A stretch of 64,000 nucleotides of DNA. Origin: an uncultured Candidatus Entotheonella sp. Lineage in GTDB: Bacteria; Tectomicrobia; Entotheonellia; Entotheonellales; Entotheonellaceae. Each line of letters begins with the position of its first letter. Within the stretch, counting starts at the first letter, position 1. The stretch covers positions 1,984,001-2,048,000 of the forward strand of contig OZ244252.1 of NCBI GenBank assembly GCA_965217185.1, written 5' to 3'. This document shows, piece by piece, positions 1 to 10,752 of this stretch. Made by a program: the position numbers and the translations under genes. The notes below the pieces were generated by a model, which did not search any database, was not told where the DNA came from, and was given only the letters and a program-made list of their open reading frames with translations.

Positions 1-1174
1 AAATGCCCGTGTCACCCGCCACGATGCCGGAACCGAAACCCTGAAATAGGCTGTGGATCAAGGAGACGACGTTACGCTCGGCGTCCACGCAGGAGACGTA
101 CACCGTGTCGCCGAGGGCCGCCGGCGTGCCGGGTGAAAAATCGCCGGCGCGCGTGGGGTCGATCTCCTGGCGACGAGTAGCGGCGTAGGCTTTGGAAAGC
201 AACCCCGCGACCGGCACGCTCGCGAAGGCGGGATCGGCGATGTAACGGTTGCGGTCCGCAAAGGCCTGCTTGGTCGCCTCGATGAGGAGATGGTAGTACG
301 GGGCGGAGCCGTATGCGTGGGCCGCGAGGTCAAAACCCTCGAGCACGTTCAGGGTCATCAGGGCGGTGATCCCCTGGCCGTTAGGCGGCAGTTCCAGGAC
401 GGTGTGACCGCGGTAATCGGTGCCAATGGGCTCTACCCATTCAGTGGTGTGGGCGGCGAAGTCTTCCAGATCAAAAAAGCCACCATCGGCCTGCGAGAAC
501 GCCACGATGTGCTTGGCGATGTCGCCGCGGTAGAAGGCGTCGCGCCCTTCGTCAGCGAGGATCCGCAGCGTTTCGGCGAGGTGGGGTTGTCGATGGATGT
601 CGCCGGCCCGCGGCGCTTTGCCGTCAATCAGGTACGCTTGGGCACTGGCGGGATGCTGCGACAGCAGCGGCGCGTCATGTTGCCATTGATCGGCAATGAC
701 CTCGCTCACCGGAAAGCCGTCGCGCGCATACATCAGGGCGGGTTCGACGACGTCCGCGAAGCTGAGCCTGCCGTGCCGCTCCAGCACCTCCGCAAAGGCG
801 TCGATGGCCCCGGGCACGGTAACCGACCCCCAGCCCTTTGACGGCACGCCCTCGATGCCCCGCTGCCGCAAAGCGTCCAGCGTCAGGCGTTTGGGGCAGC
901 GCCCACTGCCGTTGACCCCGTAGATGCGTTGGTCGGCAGCTCGATAATAAAGTAAAAAAGCATCCCCACCGATGCCGGTGGACATCGGCTCCACCACGCC
1001 CAGCGTCAGCGCCGTGCCGATGGCAGCATCCAGTGCGTTGCCGCCCTTTTTCAAGATGGCCAGCCCGGCCTCGCTGGCCAGAGGCTGGCTGGTCGCCACC
1101 ATGCCGTTGCGCGTCATGACGACCGAACGCCGTGCCGCAAATCCGTCGCGCTCAAGGCGACTGGTCTCAAACAT
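1..1174 (-). CDS. ggt: gamma-glutamyltransferase family protein (3' end runs off the window)
   Basis: Manual translation from ATG at 1174: MFETSRLERDGFAARRSVVMTRNGMVATSQPLASEAGLAILKKGGNALDAA...GVVEPMSTGIGGDAF, the typical GGT N-terminus; absent from the ORF track because it is incomplete. Confidence 0.9.
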   Translation of the reverse strand, partial: MFETSRLERDGFAARRSVVMTRNGMVATSQPLASEAGLAILKKGGNALDAAIGTALTLGVVEPMSTGIGGDAFLLYYRAADQRIYGVNGSGRCPKRLTLDALRQRGIEGVPSKGWGSVTVPGAIDAFAEVLERHGRLSFADVVEPALMYARDGFPVSEVIADQWQHDAPLLSQHPASAQAYLIDGKAPRAGDIHRQPHLAETLRILADEGRDAFYRGDIAKHIVAFSQADGGFFDLEDFAAHTTEWVEPIGTDYRGHTVLELPPNGQGITALMTLNVLEGFDLAAHAYGSAPYYHLLIEATKQAFADRNRYIADPAFASVPVAGLLSKAYAATRRQEIDPTRAGDFSPGTPAALGDTVYVSCVDAERNVVSLIHSLFQGFGSGIVAGDTGI

Positions 1175-1997
1175 GTTTTCCCTCCTGGCGTAAACGATTC
1201 CATATGCCGTCCATTTCTTCCAGCGTCGCATCCTCGATTCGCCGGCCGCGCCGCGCGAGTTCCTGCTCGATACCCCGGAAACGCTGCTCGAACTTGCCGA
1301 TGGCTTGGCGCAAGGCGTCCTCGCCGCTCAGGTGCAGGAAGCGCCCGAGGTTCACCAGGCTGAACAGCACGTCGCCGAACTCTTCCTGCATGGCGGCGCC
1401 GTCCCGTGCCGAGCAAGCCTCCTTCAACTCGTCAATTTCTTCGGCCACTTTGGCCCATACGTCGTCCACCTCCTGCCAGTCGAACCCGACGGACGACACT
1501 TTTTCCTGCAGGCGCCGCGCCCGGTTGAGGGCCGGCAGGGTGCGAGGCACACCATCCAGGACCGACGTCCTCCCCTTTTCCTGCTGCTTCGCGGTCTCCC
1601 AGCGTTGCCGAATCACCGCCGTATTCGCCGCTGGTTGATCCCCGAACACGTGCGGATGCCGTCTGATCAGCTTGTGAATCACGCTACGGATGCTGTCGCC
1701 AAGCATAAAACGCCCCGCCTCGGCGGCCAGAGATCCTTGAAAAACGACGTGCAGCAGCAAATCCCCAAGCTCTTCCTTCAACGCCCCCGCGTCGTCTGCC
1801 GTAACGCTTTCCATCACCTCATACGTCTCTTCCAGCAGATACGGCAGCAAGCTCTGCGCCGTCTGCTGCCGGTCCCACGGGCAGCCCTGCTCGGACCTCA
1901 ACCTGTCCACCACGCCCATAAGTTCCAGCAGCAACTCCCCGGTGGCGTCGCTCTTGCCCTCAGTACTGTCCAGCCTAACTTCGTCCACCCGTTTCAT
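1167..1997 (-). CDS. mazG: nucleoside triphosphate pyrophosphohydrolase MazG (tandem domain)
   Basis: GCPWDRQQT, EETYEV, EELGDLL and EEFGDVLF motifs; start may be 1997 or 2024; stop overlaps the ggt start. Confidence 0.93.
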   Translation of the reverse strand: MKRVDEVRLDSTEGKSDATGELLLELMGVVDRLRSEQGCPWDRQQTAQSLLPYLLEETYEVMESVTADDAGALKEELGDLLLHVVFQGSLAAEAGRFMLGDSIRSVIHKLIRRHPHVFGDQPAANTAVIRQRWETAKQQEKGRTSVLDGVPRTLPALNRARRLQEKVSSVGFDWQEVDDVWAKVAEEIDELKEACSARDGAAMQEEFGDVLFSLVNLGRFLHLSGEDALRQAIGKFEQRFRGIEQELARRGRRIEDATLEEMDGIWNRLRQEGKHV

Positions 1998-2200
1998 GTC
2001 GTCCTCTTCTGTCGCCCGTGCCACTGAATGTTGTCCCGCAACCGAGATGCCGCCCGCATTCTACCGTTGGCCCCGATCCCGAACAACTCGCCGTTACCCA
2101 CAACGCAGCGGATTGACACCCCAGAAATATCCAGGTAGGAAGGAAATGTTTGCATTGTCAGTAGCTGATATCGCCAACCTCAAGGTGCGAGGGAATTCAG

Positions 2201-3604
2201 GTGCAAGGATTCACGCCCAGCCCGCCGCATGCGATGCGAGCCGTCGGCACAACGGCATCGTGGCTGCCCTTCCTCGCGGTAGGCGCCCTTCTGCTGATAC
2301 TAGGGGAAACAGGACGGGCGCAGAGTCTGCCGCCAATAGAGGCGTTGGAACGCCGGCTCACGCAAACGGCCACCGTGCAGGACATGATCGCATACGCGTA
2401 CGGCGTAAATCCCGACATTGCCGCGGCGCGTGAAGCCTGGCGCGCCAAGGTGGAAAGCTACCGCGTTGTAACCGGCCTGCCGGATCCGCAACTGACGGCC
2501 ACCTACTTCCCGGAGCCTTTGCAAACCCGTCTTGGTCCCCAGGATTGGAATGTCACCCTCTCCCAGAAAGTCCCCTTCCCGGGCAAGCTGTCGAAGGCCG
2601 GTGAGGTTGTCAAGACAGAAGCCCATATCGCCCGTCTGCGCCTGGATAAAACCGTGCGGACGATTGCCGCGAGTATCCAGGCGTCGGCACATGAATTGAT
2701 TTACATTCGCGCCGCCAGGCGGATTGCGGCCCAAAACGCGGCGTTGCTCGACCAACTGCGCAGCGCCGCCGAGACGGCCTATGCCGACGACCGGGCGATG
2801 CTGCTGGACGTGATGAAAGCCCTGTCACAGTCCGGGCAACTTCGCTATGACGCACTCCTCCTGGACGAGTTGGAGTTGACCGAGATCACCCGCCTGAACG
2901 GCCTGCTCAACCGTCTCCCGCAGTCGGCGGTTGGCGAGATTGCCCCGCCGCCCCTCCAGCCGCTGCCGGACAGCCTCGAAGACCTCTACCAACTGGCCGC
3001 CGCGCATCAGGAAGACATCCGTATTGCCGAGCAAGGCGTGAGCCGGGCCGAGTCGCAGGTCGATCTGGCGCGCTACCACTACTACCCGGATTTCAATGTG
3101 GGACTGTTTTACGCCTCGATCGGCGATCCGGATACCCCCCAGCGGCCGCCGCAGGCAGGCAGGGACGCCCTGGGCGTACGGCTTGGCCTGACCTTGCCGC
3201 TGTGGATCGGCAAAAACCAGGGCCGCGTCAATCAGGCGCGCGCTGAACGGGCCAGGGCGGAGGCACTGCGGCAGGGCCGCGTCAACGCCTCGCGCACCGA
3301 CATCCACGTGGCCTATTTTCGCCTGCAGAACGCCCAACGCTTGGTCGAACTTTACCAGACCGACCTACTTCCGCAGGCGGCGAGCGCCCTGGAAACCACC
3401 GAGGCCTGGTTTCGCGAGGGATACGCCGAGTTCACCGACCTCATCGAGGCCCAGTCGACCTGGTACAACTTTCAGTTGACGCTGGCCAGGGCTCAGGCTG
3501 ACTATGGCAAAAACTTCGCGCGCCTGGAGGCACTGGTGGGGCATCCCTTGACGCCGCAGGGGCCGCCGACAGCCGCACCCCATGAAGGGAGGTCAGGCCC
3601 ATGA
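2201..3604 (+). CDS. TolC-family outer membrane factor (heavy-metal efflux)
   Basis: GLPDPQL, LSQKVPFPGKL and LPLW motifs typical of CusC/CzcC-like OMFs; lies upstream of cusBA. Confidence 0.85.
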   Translation: MQGFTPSPPHAMRAVGTTASWLPFLAVGALLLILGETGRAQSLPPIEALERRLTQTATVQDMIAYAYGVNPDIAAAREAWRAKVESYRVVTGLPDPQLTATYFPEPLQTRLGPQDWNVTLSQKVPFPGKLSKAGEVVKTEAHIARLRLDKTVRTIAASIQASAHELIYIRAARRIAAQNAALLDQLRSAAETAYADDRAMLLDVMKALSQSGQLRYDALLLDELELTEITRLNGLLNRLPQSAVGEIAPPPLQPLPDSLEDLYQLAAAHQEDIRIAEQGVSRAESQVDLARYHYYPDFNVGLFYASIGDPDTPQRPPQAGRDALGVRLGLTLPLWIGKNQGRVNQARAERARAEALRQGRVNASRTDIHVAYFRLQNAQRLVELYQTDLLPQAASALETTEAWFREGYAEFTDLIEAQSTWYNFQLTLARAQADYGKNFARLEALVGHPLTPQGPPTAAPHEGRSGP

Positions 3605-5151
3605 AACGCGGACTGGTCTGGCTTGTCGTCCTGATAGGACTTGGGGCAACGCACGCTCGCGGCGATTACCGGGATTTGCGGACCGCCTTTGAGCAGTACC
3701 AGCCCCCTTCGCACTTGTTCCACCTCCCCACCGAAGCACCGCCCGAAACGCCTGCCCAAAACGACGCCTTCGAAGCCGAAAAACAACGCCTCCTGGACCT
3801 CCAGACACGCTGGCAGGAAGAACTTCGGGACCTGTCGGCGCCTACGGCGTTCTACCATCCAGACTCGCGGACTTTGGAGGATTTGACGGGCGCGCAGGCG
3901 GATACTGCGGCGGCGCAAGCCGCCGTGAGCCAGCCATTTTCCCAGGCAGTGCCGGAGGTGCTGGCCCTGCTGCGTTCGCCCGCGGTGAAGGCGGCGGAGC
4001 ACCGGGTGCGGGCGGCGCTGGAAAAATACAGCCAGGTCAGCGCTGTCGACGACATCCTGCGGCGCTATAGCGCCTTCGCGGAAGGCGCCATGACCGGGGT
4101 TGGCGCCATGCGAGGGCACGGCGGGGGGCGGGGTCAGTTTCCCTTTCCGGGGGTGCTGGCGCTGAAAGGTCAGGTGGTAACCCAGGACGTCATGGCGGCT
4201 CGTGAGCAGTTGGAAACCGCACGCCGCGATGCGGTGACCGCAGCACGCAAAACCCACTGGCGGCAGTGGTTCCTGCACCAGGTGCTGTCGATCACCGAGC
4301 GCACCATCGGGCTGTTGAGAGAATTGGAGCAGGTGTCGAGCACCCGCTACGAGGCCGGCAGGACCAGTTTCCAGGACGTGATCAAGGTGCAGGTGCAGCG
4401 CGAGTTGCTGGACGAACGGCTGGTCACGCTGCGGGAGCAGTTGCGTAATGCGCACGTGGAGACCCGGCAGATCCTCCACCTGCCGCCGGACACCCCGATT
4501 GGCCTGCCGCAAGTGAACCTGGCCGGGGCCGACATCCCCGATTTGCCGTCGCTCTACGATATGGCCGTCGCGGGCCGCCAGGAGCTCAGCGTGCTGCGCG
4601 CCCGCATTGGCAAGATGGACGCCATGATCGAGATGGCCGAAACCATGCTCCTGCCGGCCTTCGATCTGGGTCTTTCCACCTACAAAGACCAAGCCATCAG
4701 GCAAGTGGGAACACAGGCCGGGCAACCAACATTCGCCACCAGGACAGACGCTGCTGCCGGTGCGGGACAGCCCAAAAAACCCTGGTTCGGTTTCGCTGAT
4801 GCCTATCTGCGTGAGATGCGGCAGAAGCGCCAAGCCATGCAGGAAGAATTGAACCGACTGCAAGACGCCACCGTCGCGCTGGTCCGCAACAAGTGGTTTG
4901 TTCTCGACCGAGCAAAACGTGAAAAACGATTGTACCAGAACACCTTGGTGCAGCTATCGGAAGCCGCCCTGGAGGTCTCGACCAGCGGGTACGAATCGGA
5001 CAGGGTGGCGTTTGCCGACGTGATTGCATCCTATACCCTCTGGCTCGACGCCAATCTCGCGCTGGCCGACAAGCGCAGCGCCTATGGGATAAGTCTGGCG
5101 GAACTCGAGCAGGCGGTGGGGCAATCCTTTACGCAGCGCCGGAAAGAGTAG
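3601..5151 (+). CDS. second TolC-family outer membrane factor
   Basis: Signal peptide, FPFPGVLALKG, RYEAG...FQDV and YESDRVAFADV repeats; ATGA overlap with the preceding gene. Confidence 0.8.
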   Translation: MKRGLVWLVVLIGLGATHARGDYRDLRTAFEQYQPPSHLFHLPTEAPPETPAQNDAFEAEKQRLLDLQTRWQEELRDLSAPTAFYHPDSRTLEDLTGAQADTAAAQAAVSQPFSQAVPEVLALLRSPAVKAAEHRVRAALEKYSQVSAVDDILRRYSAFAEGAMTGVGAMRGHGGGRGQFPFPGVLALKGQVVTQDVMAAREQLETARRDAVTAARKTHWRQWFLHQVLSITERTIGLLRELEQVSSTRYEAGRTSFQDVIKVQVQRELLDERLVTLREQLRNAHVETRQILHLPPDTPIGLPQVNLAGADIPDLPSLYDMAVAGRQELSVLRARIGKMDAMIEMAETMLLPAFDLGLSTYKDQAIRQVGTQAGQPTFATRTDAAAGAGQPKKPWFGFADAYLREMRQKRQAMQEELNRLQDATVALVRNKWFVLDRAKREKRLYQNTLVQLSEAALEVSTSGYESDRVAFADVIASYTLWLDANLALADKRSAYGISLAELEQAVGQSFTQRRKE

Positions 5152-5190
5152 GCCGCCGGCTGCGCCAGGTCACTTTTGGAGGTTAATGAA

Positions 5191-6729
5191 ATGGAGACTC
5201 CCGAACAGAAACCGAAAGCCGCATCGCCACTGCGCACCATTGCCATAACCGCGCTTGTAACCCTGGCGTTGAGCGGTGCCGCGTATCACTATTTCGGGAA
5301 CGCCATCCTTAACGTGCAGAGGCACTTGGCGGCGCCTTCCGTGGCTGGGGAAGCACAGGCGGAAGAAACTGTCTACGTGTCCCCGATGCACCCCTGGATC
5401 GTCTCGGATGAGCCCGGCCAGTGCCCGATCTGCGGCATGGACCTCGTTGCCAAGCGGGACGGGCCGAACGCCGCCGAATCCTCCGGCGAACGAACCATCG
5501 CCTACTGGCGGGCGCCCATGAATCCGGCGGAAATCTATGAACAGCCGGGGAAAAGCGCCATGGGCATGGACCTGGTGCCGGCCTACGAGGACGAACTGGT
5601 TGGCGGCGTGGACATCTTCATCGATCCGGTGACCCAGCAAAACATGGGCATCCGCACCGCCGAGGTCGCCCGACAGTCGCTGGTGCGCACAATCCGCACC
5701 TACGGACACGTGACTTACGACGAGACCCGCACGGTACGGGTCAGTCCCAAGGCCAGCGGCTGGATCGAAACCCTGCACGCGGACTTCACCGGCAAGTCCG
5801 TCACCGAAGGCGAACCCCTGTTTGAAATCTATGCGCCGGAGTTGGTCACGGCGCAGGAAGCGTACCTGGGAGCCTTTCAGAGCGCCAAGCGGCTGGCGAA
5901 GGACAGGCAGACCGGCCTGCTGGCCTCGGCACGCCGGCGCCTGCAGTATTTCGATATCGCCGACAGCGAAATCGAGGCGCTTGAAACCACCGGCCAAGTC
6001 CGTAAGACCCTGGTAATTCGCTCACCCGCCAGCGGCGTCGTCATCGAAAAAACGGCAGAGGAAGGCGGCTACGTCAAGGCCGGGACGACAATCTACCGGA
6101 TTGCCGATTTGTCCCGCGTGTGGGTGGAAGCCCACATCTTTGAATATGAGCTCCCCTGGGTCAGGGAAGGCCAGGCAGCGGAAATGACGCTTCCCTACTG
6201 GCCTGGCGACGTGCGCTCCGGCAGGGTGACCTACGTGTATCCCTATCTGCGGGCCCAGACGCGGGACGTGAGGCTGCGGCTGGAATTCGACAACGCCGAC
6301 CTGCGCCTCAAGCCGGACATGTACGCCGACATCCACATTGAGACGCACGCCGACGAGCAGGGCCTGTTGCTCCCCTCCGAGGCCGTGCTGCGCTCCGGCG
6401 AGCGCAACGTGGTGTTCGTGGTCAAGGGCGGCGGCAAGTTCACGCCGCGCGAGGTGACCCTCGGCCTGTCCACGGACGGCGGCAAGGTTCAGGCCCTGGC
6501 CGGCCTGGCGCCGGGCGACGTGGTGGTGACGTCGGGGCAGTTCCTCCTCGACTCGGAATCCAAGCTGCAGGAGGCCGTGCAGAAAATGATGGAAATCAGC
6601 ATGGCTTCAGCGGGACCCGGTCAGAACGCAGACGAGGATGACTTCTTCAGCGACATGGACGACGACGCGGAAGAAGACTTTTTCGCCGACATGGAAGAAG
6701 CCGAACCCAAGAAGACCACCTCCCCATGA
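5191..6729 (+). CDS. cusB: CusB-like RND periplasmic adaptor with heavy-metal-binding domains
   Basis: YVSPMHP...PGQCPICGMDL and YWRAPMNP...PGKSAMGMDL motifs, LKPDMYA, VVTSGQFLLDSES; GGAGG RBS. Confidence 0.9.
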   Translation: METPEQKPKAASPLRTIAITALVTLALSGAAYHYFGNAILNVQRHLAAPSVAGEAQAEETVYVSPMHPWIVSDEPGQCPICGMDLVAKRDGPNAAESSGERTIAYWRAPMNPAEIYEQPGKSAMGMDLVPAYEDELVGGVDIFIDPVTQQNMGIRTAEVARQSLVRTIRTYGHVTYDETRTVRVSPKASGWIETLHADFTGKSVTEGEPLFEIYAPELVTAQEAYLGAFQSAKRLAKDRQTGLLASARRRLQYFDIADSEIEALETTGQVRKTLVIRSPASGVVIEKTAEEGGYVKAGTTIYRIADLSRVWVEAHIFEYELPWVREGQAAEMTLPYWPGDVRSGRVTYVYPYLRAQTRDVRLRLEFDNADLRLKPDMYADIHIETHADEQGLLLPSEAVLRSGERNVVFVVKGGGKFTPREVTLGLSTDGGKVQALAGLAPGDVVVTSGQFLLDSESKLQEAVQKMMEISMASAGPGQNADEDDFFSDMDDDAEEDFFADMEEAEPKKTTSP

Positions 6730-9700
6730 TCGAAGCCATTATTGCCTGGTCCATGCGCAACCGCTTCATGGTCGTGCTCGTCACGGTCTTCGTGATCCTC
6801 GGCGGTGTCCTGGCCATGCAGGGAACGCCGCTGGACGCCATCCCCGACCTGTCGGACGTGCAGGTCATCATCTACACCAAGTACCCCGGCCAGGCGCCGC
6901 GCGTGGTTGAGGATCAGGTCACCTATCCGTTGACCACCGCCATGCTGAGCGTGCCCTACGCCAAGGTAGTGCGGGGCTACTCCTTCTTCGGATTCTCTTT
7001 TGTCTACATCCTTTTCGAAGACGGCACCGATATTTACTGGGCGCGTTCGCGCGTCCTGGAGTATCTCAACTTCGTTGCCGGTCGCCTGCCCGCCGGCGTC
7101 ACCCCCAGCCTCGGCCCGGACGCTACCGGCGTCGGCTGGGTGTATGAATACGTGCTGCAGGACACCACCGGCACCTACGACCTGCAGGAGTTGCGCAGCA
7201 TGCAGGACTGGTACCTGCGCTACGAGCTGACGTCGGTCCCGGGCGTCTCCGAGGTCGCCAGCATTGGCGGCTTCGTCAAGCAGTACCAGGTCGAGGTCGA
7301 TCCCAACCGGCTGTTGGCCTACGGCTTGTCCATCCAGCAGGTCAGGCACGCCATCCAGCGCTCCAACGACGACGTGGGCGGCAAGCTGGTCGAGATGGGC
7401 GAGACCGAGTTCATGGTGCGCAGCCTGGGCTACATTCGCTCACGGGAGGATCTGGAGCAGGTCGTCGTGGCTGTGGACAGCATGGGCACGCCGGTGCTGC
7501 TGAAGAACATCGCCGCCATCCAGCTGGGTCCCGAACTGCGGCGGGGCATCCTGGAATGGAACGGCACCGGTGAAGCCGTCGGCGGCATTGTGGTGATGCG
7601 CTACGGCGAAAATGCCCTTGAGGTCATCCACAACGTCAAGGCAAAGCTGCGCTCGCTCCAGAAGGGCCTGCCGGAAGGCGTGGAGATCGTCGTGGGCTAC
7701 GACCGCTCCAACCTCATCAAGCGGGCTATCCACACCCTGCAGACCAAGCTGATCGAAGAGATGGTTGTCGTTGCAGCGGTCTGCGTCATCTTCCTGCTGC
7801 ACGTTCGCTCGGCCCTGGTGGCGATCGTCACTCTGCCGGTGGGCATTCTCATGTCCTTCCTGATTATGTACCTCCTGGGCATCAACGCCAACGTCATGAG
7901 CCTCGGCGGTATTGCCATTGCCATCGGCGTCATGGTGGACGCCTCCGTGGTGATGGTGGAGAACGCCCACAAGCACCTGGAACGATACGGGGACACGAAA
8001 AGCCATGCAGCGATCATGCTCGACGCGGCCAGAGGGGTCGGTCCGGCCCTGTTTTACAGCCTGCTGATCATCACCGTGTCATTCCTGCCGGTGTTCAGCC
8101 TGACGGAACAATCCGGTCGCTTGTTCAAACCGCTGGCGTACACCAAGACCTTCGCCATGGCCGCCTCGGCGGTCCTGGCCATTACCATCGTGCCGGTACT
8201 GATGACGTTCTTCATTCGAGAACACGCTCTCAGCCCGTTCCTGTCGCGGCGCCAACGCCGCTGGGCGTGGCTGGCCGCCCTGGCCGGCCCGCCGCTGCTA
8301 GTCATCGTCGCCGGGGCCGCAGGGATGGAATTGCCGGAATGGAGCCTGGTCGCCGGGCTGCTGGCCTCCGGCCTTGCGTTTATCTGTCTGGCACGGCAGC
8401 GCATCCTCCCGGAGGCACGCAATCCGCTCAGCCGTTTTTTCATCCGCGTGTACCACCCGTTCATCCGGTTGGTGCTGCGATGGCGCAAAATCACGCTGCT
8501 CCTCGCCGTCATCATGCTCGCCGTGACCATCTATCCGCTCAGCCGACTGGGCAGCGAGTTCATGCCGCCGCTCAACGAGGGCGATTTTCTCTACATGCCG
8601 ACGACCCTGCCGGGCATTTCGATCACCAAGGCCAAGGAGTTGCTGCAGCAGACCGACAAGATCATCCAGCGCTTCCCGGAAGTCCTGACGACCCATGGGA
8701 AAATCGGCCGAGCCGAAACGGCCACCGACCCGGCTCCTTTGTCGATGATCGAAACGACGATTACCCTGCGGCCCAAGGTCGAATACGAGCTCATACCGGT
8801 CCGGCGCGTTTTCACGGACTGGCCGGGCTGGCTCAAGAAGCCCCTCACCTTGCTGTGGCCGGAGGTGCAGCGGGGCGACGTCGTGCATGAATGGCGTAAG
8901 AAACGCCTGGTGCGTTTCTACTCAAGCTGGCCGGGCTGGCTGAAAGCCCCGCTGGCCTGGATCTGGCCCGAGGAACGCTATCTGACCATGCAGGAGCTGG
9001 CGGACGACCTCGACCGCGCCATCCAGTTTCCAGGTCTGACGAATGCCTGGACCATGCCCATCAAAACCCGCATCGACATGCTTTCCACCGGCATCAAGAC
9101 CCCTGTCGGCATCAAGCTCATGGGCCCCGACCTCGACGTACTCTCCGACCTGGGGGCGCAGATCGAAGCGGTGGTGCGCGACATTCCCGGCACCCTGTCC
9201 GTGTATGCCGAGCGCGTCACCGGCGGCAATTACCTGGACTTCACCATCGACCGTACCCAGATCGCCCGTTACGGCCTGACGGTTGGGGACGTGCAGGACG
9301 TGATCATGATCGCGATCGGCGGCATGAACGTCACCTTCACCGTCGAAGGGCTGGAGCGCTATCCGGTCAACCTGCGCTACAGCCGAGAGCTGCGCGACGA
9401 CATCGACCGGCTCAAGCGAGTGCTGGTGCCGACGCCTGCGGGCGCCCAGGTGCCACTGATCCAACTCGCCGACTTCGCCATCCGCAAAGGGGCGGCCAGC
9501 ATCAAAAGCGAAAACTCACGGCAGACCGCCTGGATCTACGTTGATCTGAAGGGCATCGATGTCGGCTCGTACGTGCGCCGGGCGATGGCCATCGTCGACC
9601 GCGGCGTCGAGCTGCCGCAGGGCTACTCCATCGTCTGGTCGGGCCAATTCGAATACATGGAGAAAGCCCGCCGCACCCTGCGCGTCATCGTTCCGGTCAC

Positions 9701-10238
9701 CCTGGTGCTCATCTTCCTCCTCCTCTACCTCCACTTTCACAGCGTGACGGAGGCCATGATCGTCATGGCCAGCCTCCCCTTCGCCTTGGTCGGCGGCGTC
9801 TGGCTTCTTTATGTTCTGGATTACAATTTGTCGGTGGCAGTCGTGGTGGGATTTATTGCCCTGGCAGGCCTGGCGGCGGAAACCGGCGTGGTGATGCTGG
9901 TCTATCTTGACGAATCGTACCAGCACCGCCAAACCGAGGGCCGGATGAGTTCCCCCGCCGACCTGCAGGACGCAATCATTGAGGGGGCCGTGGACCGCGT
10001 GCGTCCGAAGCTCATGACCGTCTCGACCACCCTTATCGGCCTGCTGCCGGTGATGTGGGGCACGGAATCCGGTTCCGAGGTGATGAAGCGCATCGCCGCG
10101 CCCATGGTCGGTGGCCTCGTGTCGTCAACTATTCTCACGCTGGTCATCATCCCCGTGGTTTATGATATCTGGAAACGTCTGGTACTTTACAGGCGCGCAC
10201 GACGACGGGTTCGTGCTTTGGCCCCCGATGGGCCGTAA
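6726..10238 (+). CDS. cusA: CusA/SilA-family heavy-metal RND permease
   Basis: LDAIPDLSDVQVII, GPDATGVGWVYEY, EFMPPLNEG, WTMPIKTRIDMLSTG and RVRPKLMT motifs. Confidence 0.95.
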   Translation: MIEAIIAWSMRNRFMVVLVTVFVILGGVLAMQGTPLDAIPDLSDVQVIIYTKYPGQAPRVVEDQVTYPLTTAMLSVPYAKVVRGYSFFGFSFVYILFEDGTDIYWARSRVLEYLNFVAGRLPAGVTPSLGPDATGVGWVYEYVLQDTTGTYDLQELRSMQDWYLRYELTSVPGVSEVASIGGFVKQYQVEVDPNRLLAYGLSIQQVRHAIQRSNDDVGGKLVEMGETEFMVRSLGYIRSREDLEQVVVAVDSMGTPVLLKNIAAIQLGPELRRGILEWNGTGEAVGGIVVMRYGENALEVIHNVKAKLRSLQKGLPEGVEIVVGYDRSNLIKRAIHTLQTKLIEEMVVVAAVCVIFLLHVRSALVAIVTLPVGILMSFLIMYLLGINANVMSLGGIAIAIGVMVDASVVMVENAHKHLERYGDTKSHAAIMLDAARGVGPALFYSLLIITVSFLPVFSLTEQSGRLFKPLAYTKTFAMAASAVLAITIVPVLMTFFIREHALSPFLSRRQRRWAWLAALAGPPLLVIVAGAAGMELPEWSLVAGLLASGLAFICLARQRILPEARNPLSRFFIRVYHPFIRLVLRWRKITLLLAVIMLAVTIYPLSRLGSEFMPPLNEGDFLYMPTTLPGISITKAKELLQQTDKIIQRFPEVLTTHGKIGRAETATDPAPLSMIETTITLRPKVEYELIPVRRVFTDWPGWLKKPLTLLWPEVQRGDVVHEWRKKRLVRFYSSWPGWLKAPLAWIWPEERYLTMQELADDLDRAIQFPGLTNAWTMPIKTRIDMLSTGIKTPVGIKLMGPDLDVLSDLGAQIEAVVRDIPGTLSVYAERVTGGNYLDFTIDRTQIARYGLTVGDVQDVIMIAIGGMNVTFTVEGLERYPVNLRYSRELRDDIDRLKRVLVPTPAGAQVPLIQLADFAIRKGAASIKSENSRQTAWIYVDLKGIDVGSYVRRAMAIVDRGVELPQGYSIVWSGQFEYMEKARRTLRVIVPVTLVLIFLLLYLHFHSVTEAMIVMASLPFALVGGVWLLYVLDYNLSVAVVVGFIALAGLAAETGVVMLVYLDESYQHRQTEGRMSSPADLQDAIIEGAVDRVRPKLMTVSTTLIGLLPVMWGTESGSEVMKRIAAPMVGGLVSSTILTLVIIPVVYDIWKRLVLYRRARRRVRALAPDGP

Positions 10239-10260
10239 CGTCAGGAAAAAGGAAAACGCA

Positions 10261-10722
10261 ATGTACGCCATTTTCACCACGATGCTCATCGCCTTGGTCT
10301 CGTTGTCGCTAGGCAGTGTCCCGGCCCTGGCCGATCAGCACCACGACATGCAGCAGATGGATCATTCCGGCCACAACGGCCCGAACATTCACAACTCGAG
10401 CGTGGACGGCTACAGCCTCGCCTATCATCTGATCGACATGCGGGAAAAGATGAAGGACATGGAAAACATGCCGGAGATGCAGGCAACGCATCACATGATG
10501 GTTTACGTGACCGGGCCCGACGGCGCGGTTCTTGGCCAGGCAAAGGTGGGCTACCTAGTCGTCGGGCCCGACGGCAACAAGCAGAAACTGATGGCCATGG
10601 GCATGAAGGACGGCTTCGGCGCCGACGTCGATTTCAAGGCGCCGGGCGCCTATACCGTCAGAACCAAAGCTGTCGCCAACGGCACGACGCTGCTGGACGA
10701 GTTCACGTATGAGGTGCAATAA
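10261..10722 (+). CDS. secreted His/Met-rich putative Cu/Ag-binding protein
   Basis: Signal peptide ending ALA, then DQHHDMQQMDHSGH; THHMMVY and LMAMGM; directly after cusA. Confidence 0.7.
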   Translation: MYAIFTTMLIALVSLSLGSVPALADQHHDMQQMDHSGHNGPNIHNSSVDGYSLAYHLIDMREKMKDMENMPEMQATHHMMVYVTGPDGAVLGQAKVGYLVVGPDGNKQKLMAMGMKDGFGADVDFKAPGAYTVRTKAVANGTTLLDEFTYEVQ

Positions 10723-10752
10723 CCCGGCAGAAAAGACGCCCTTTCCGCGCTC

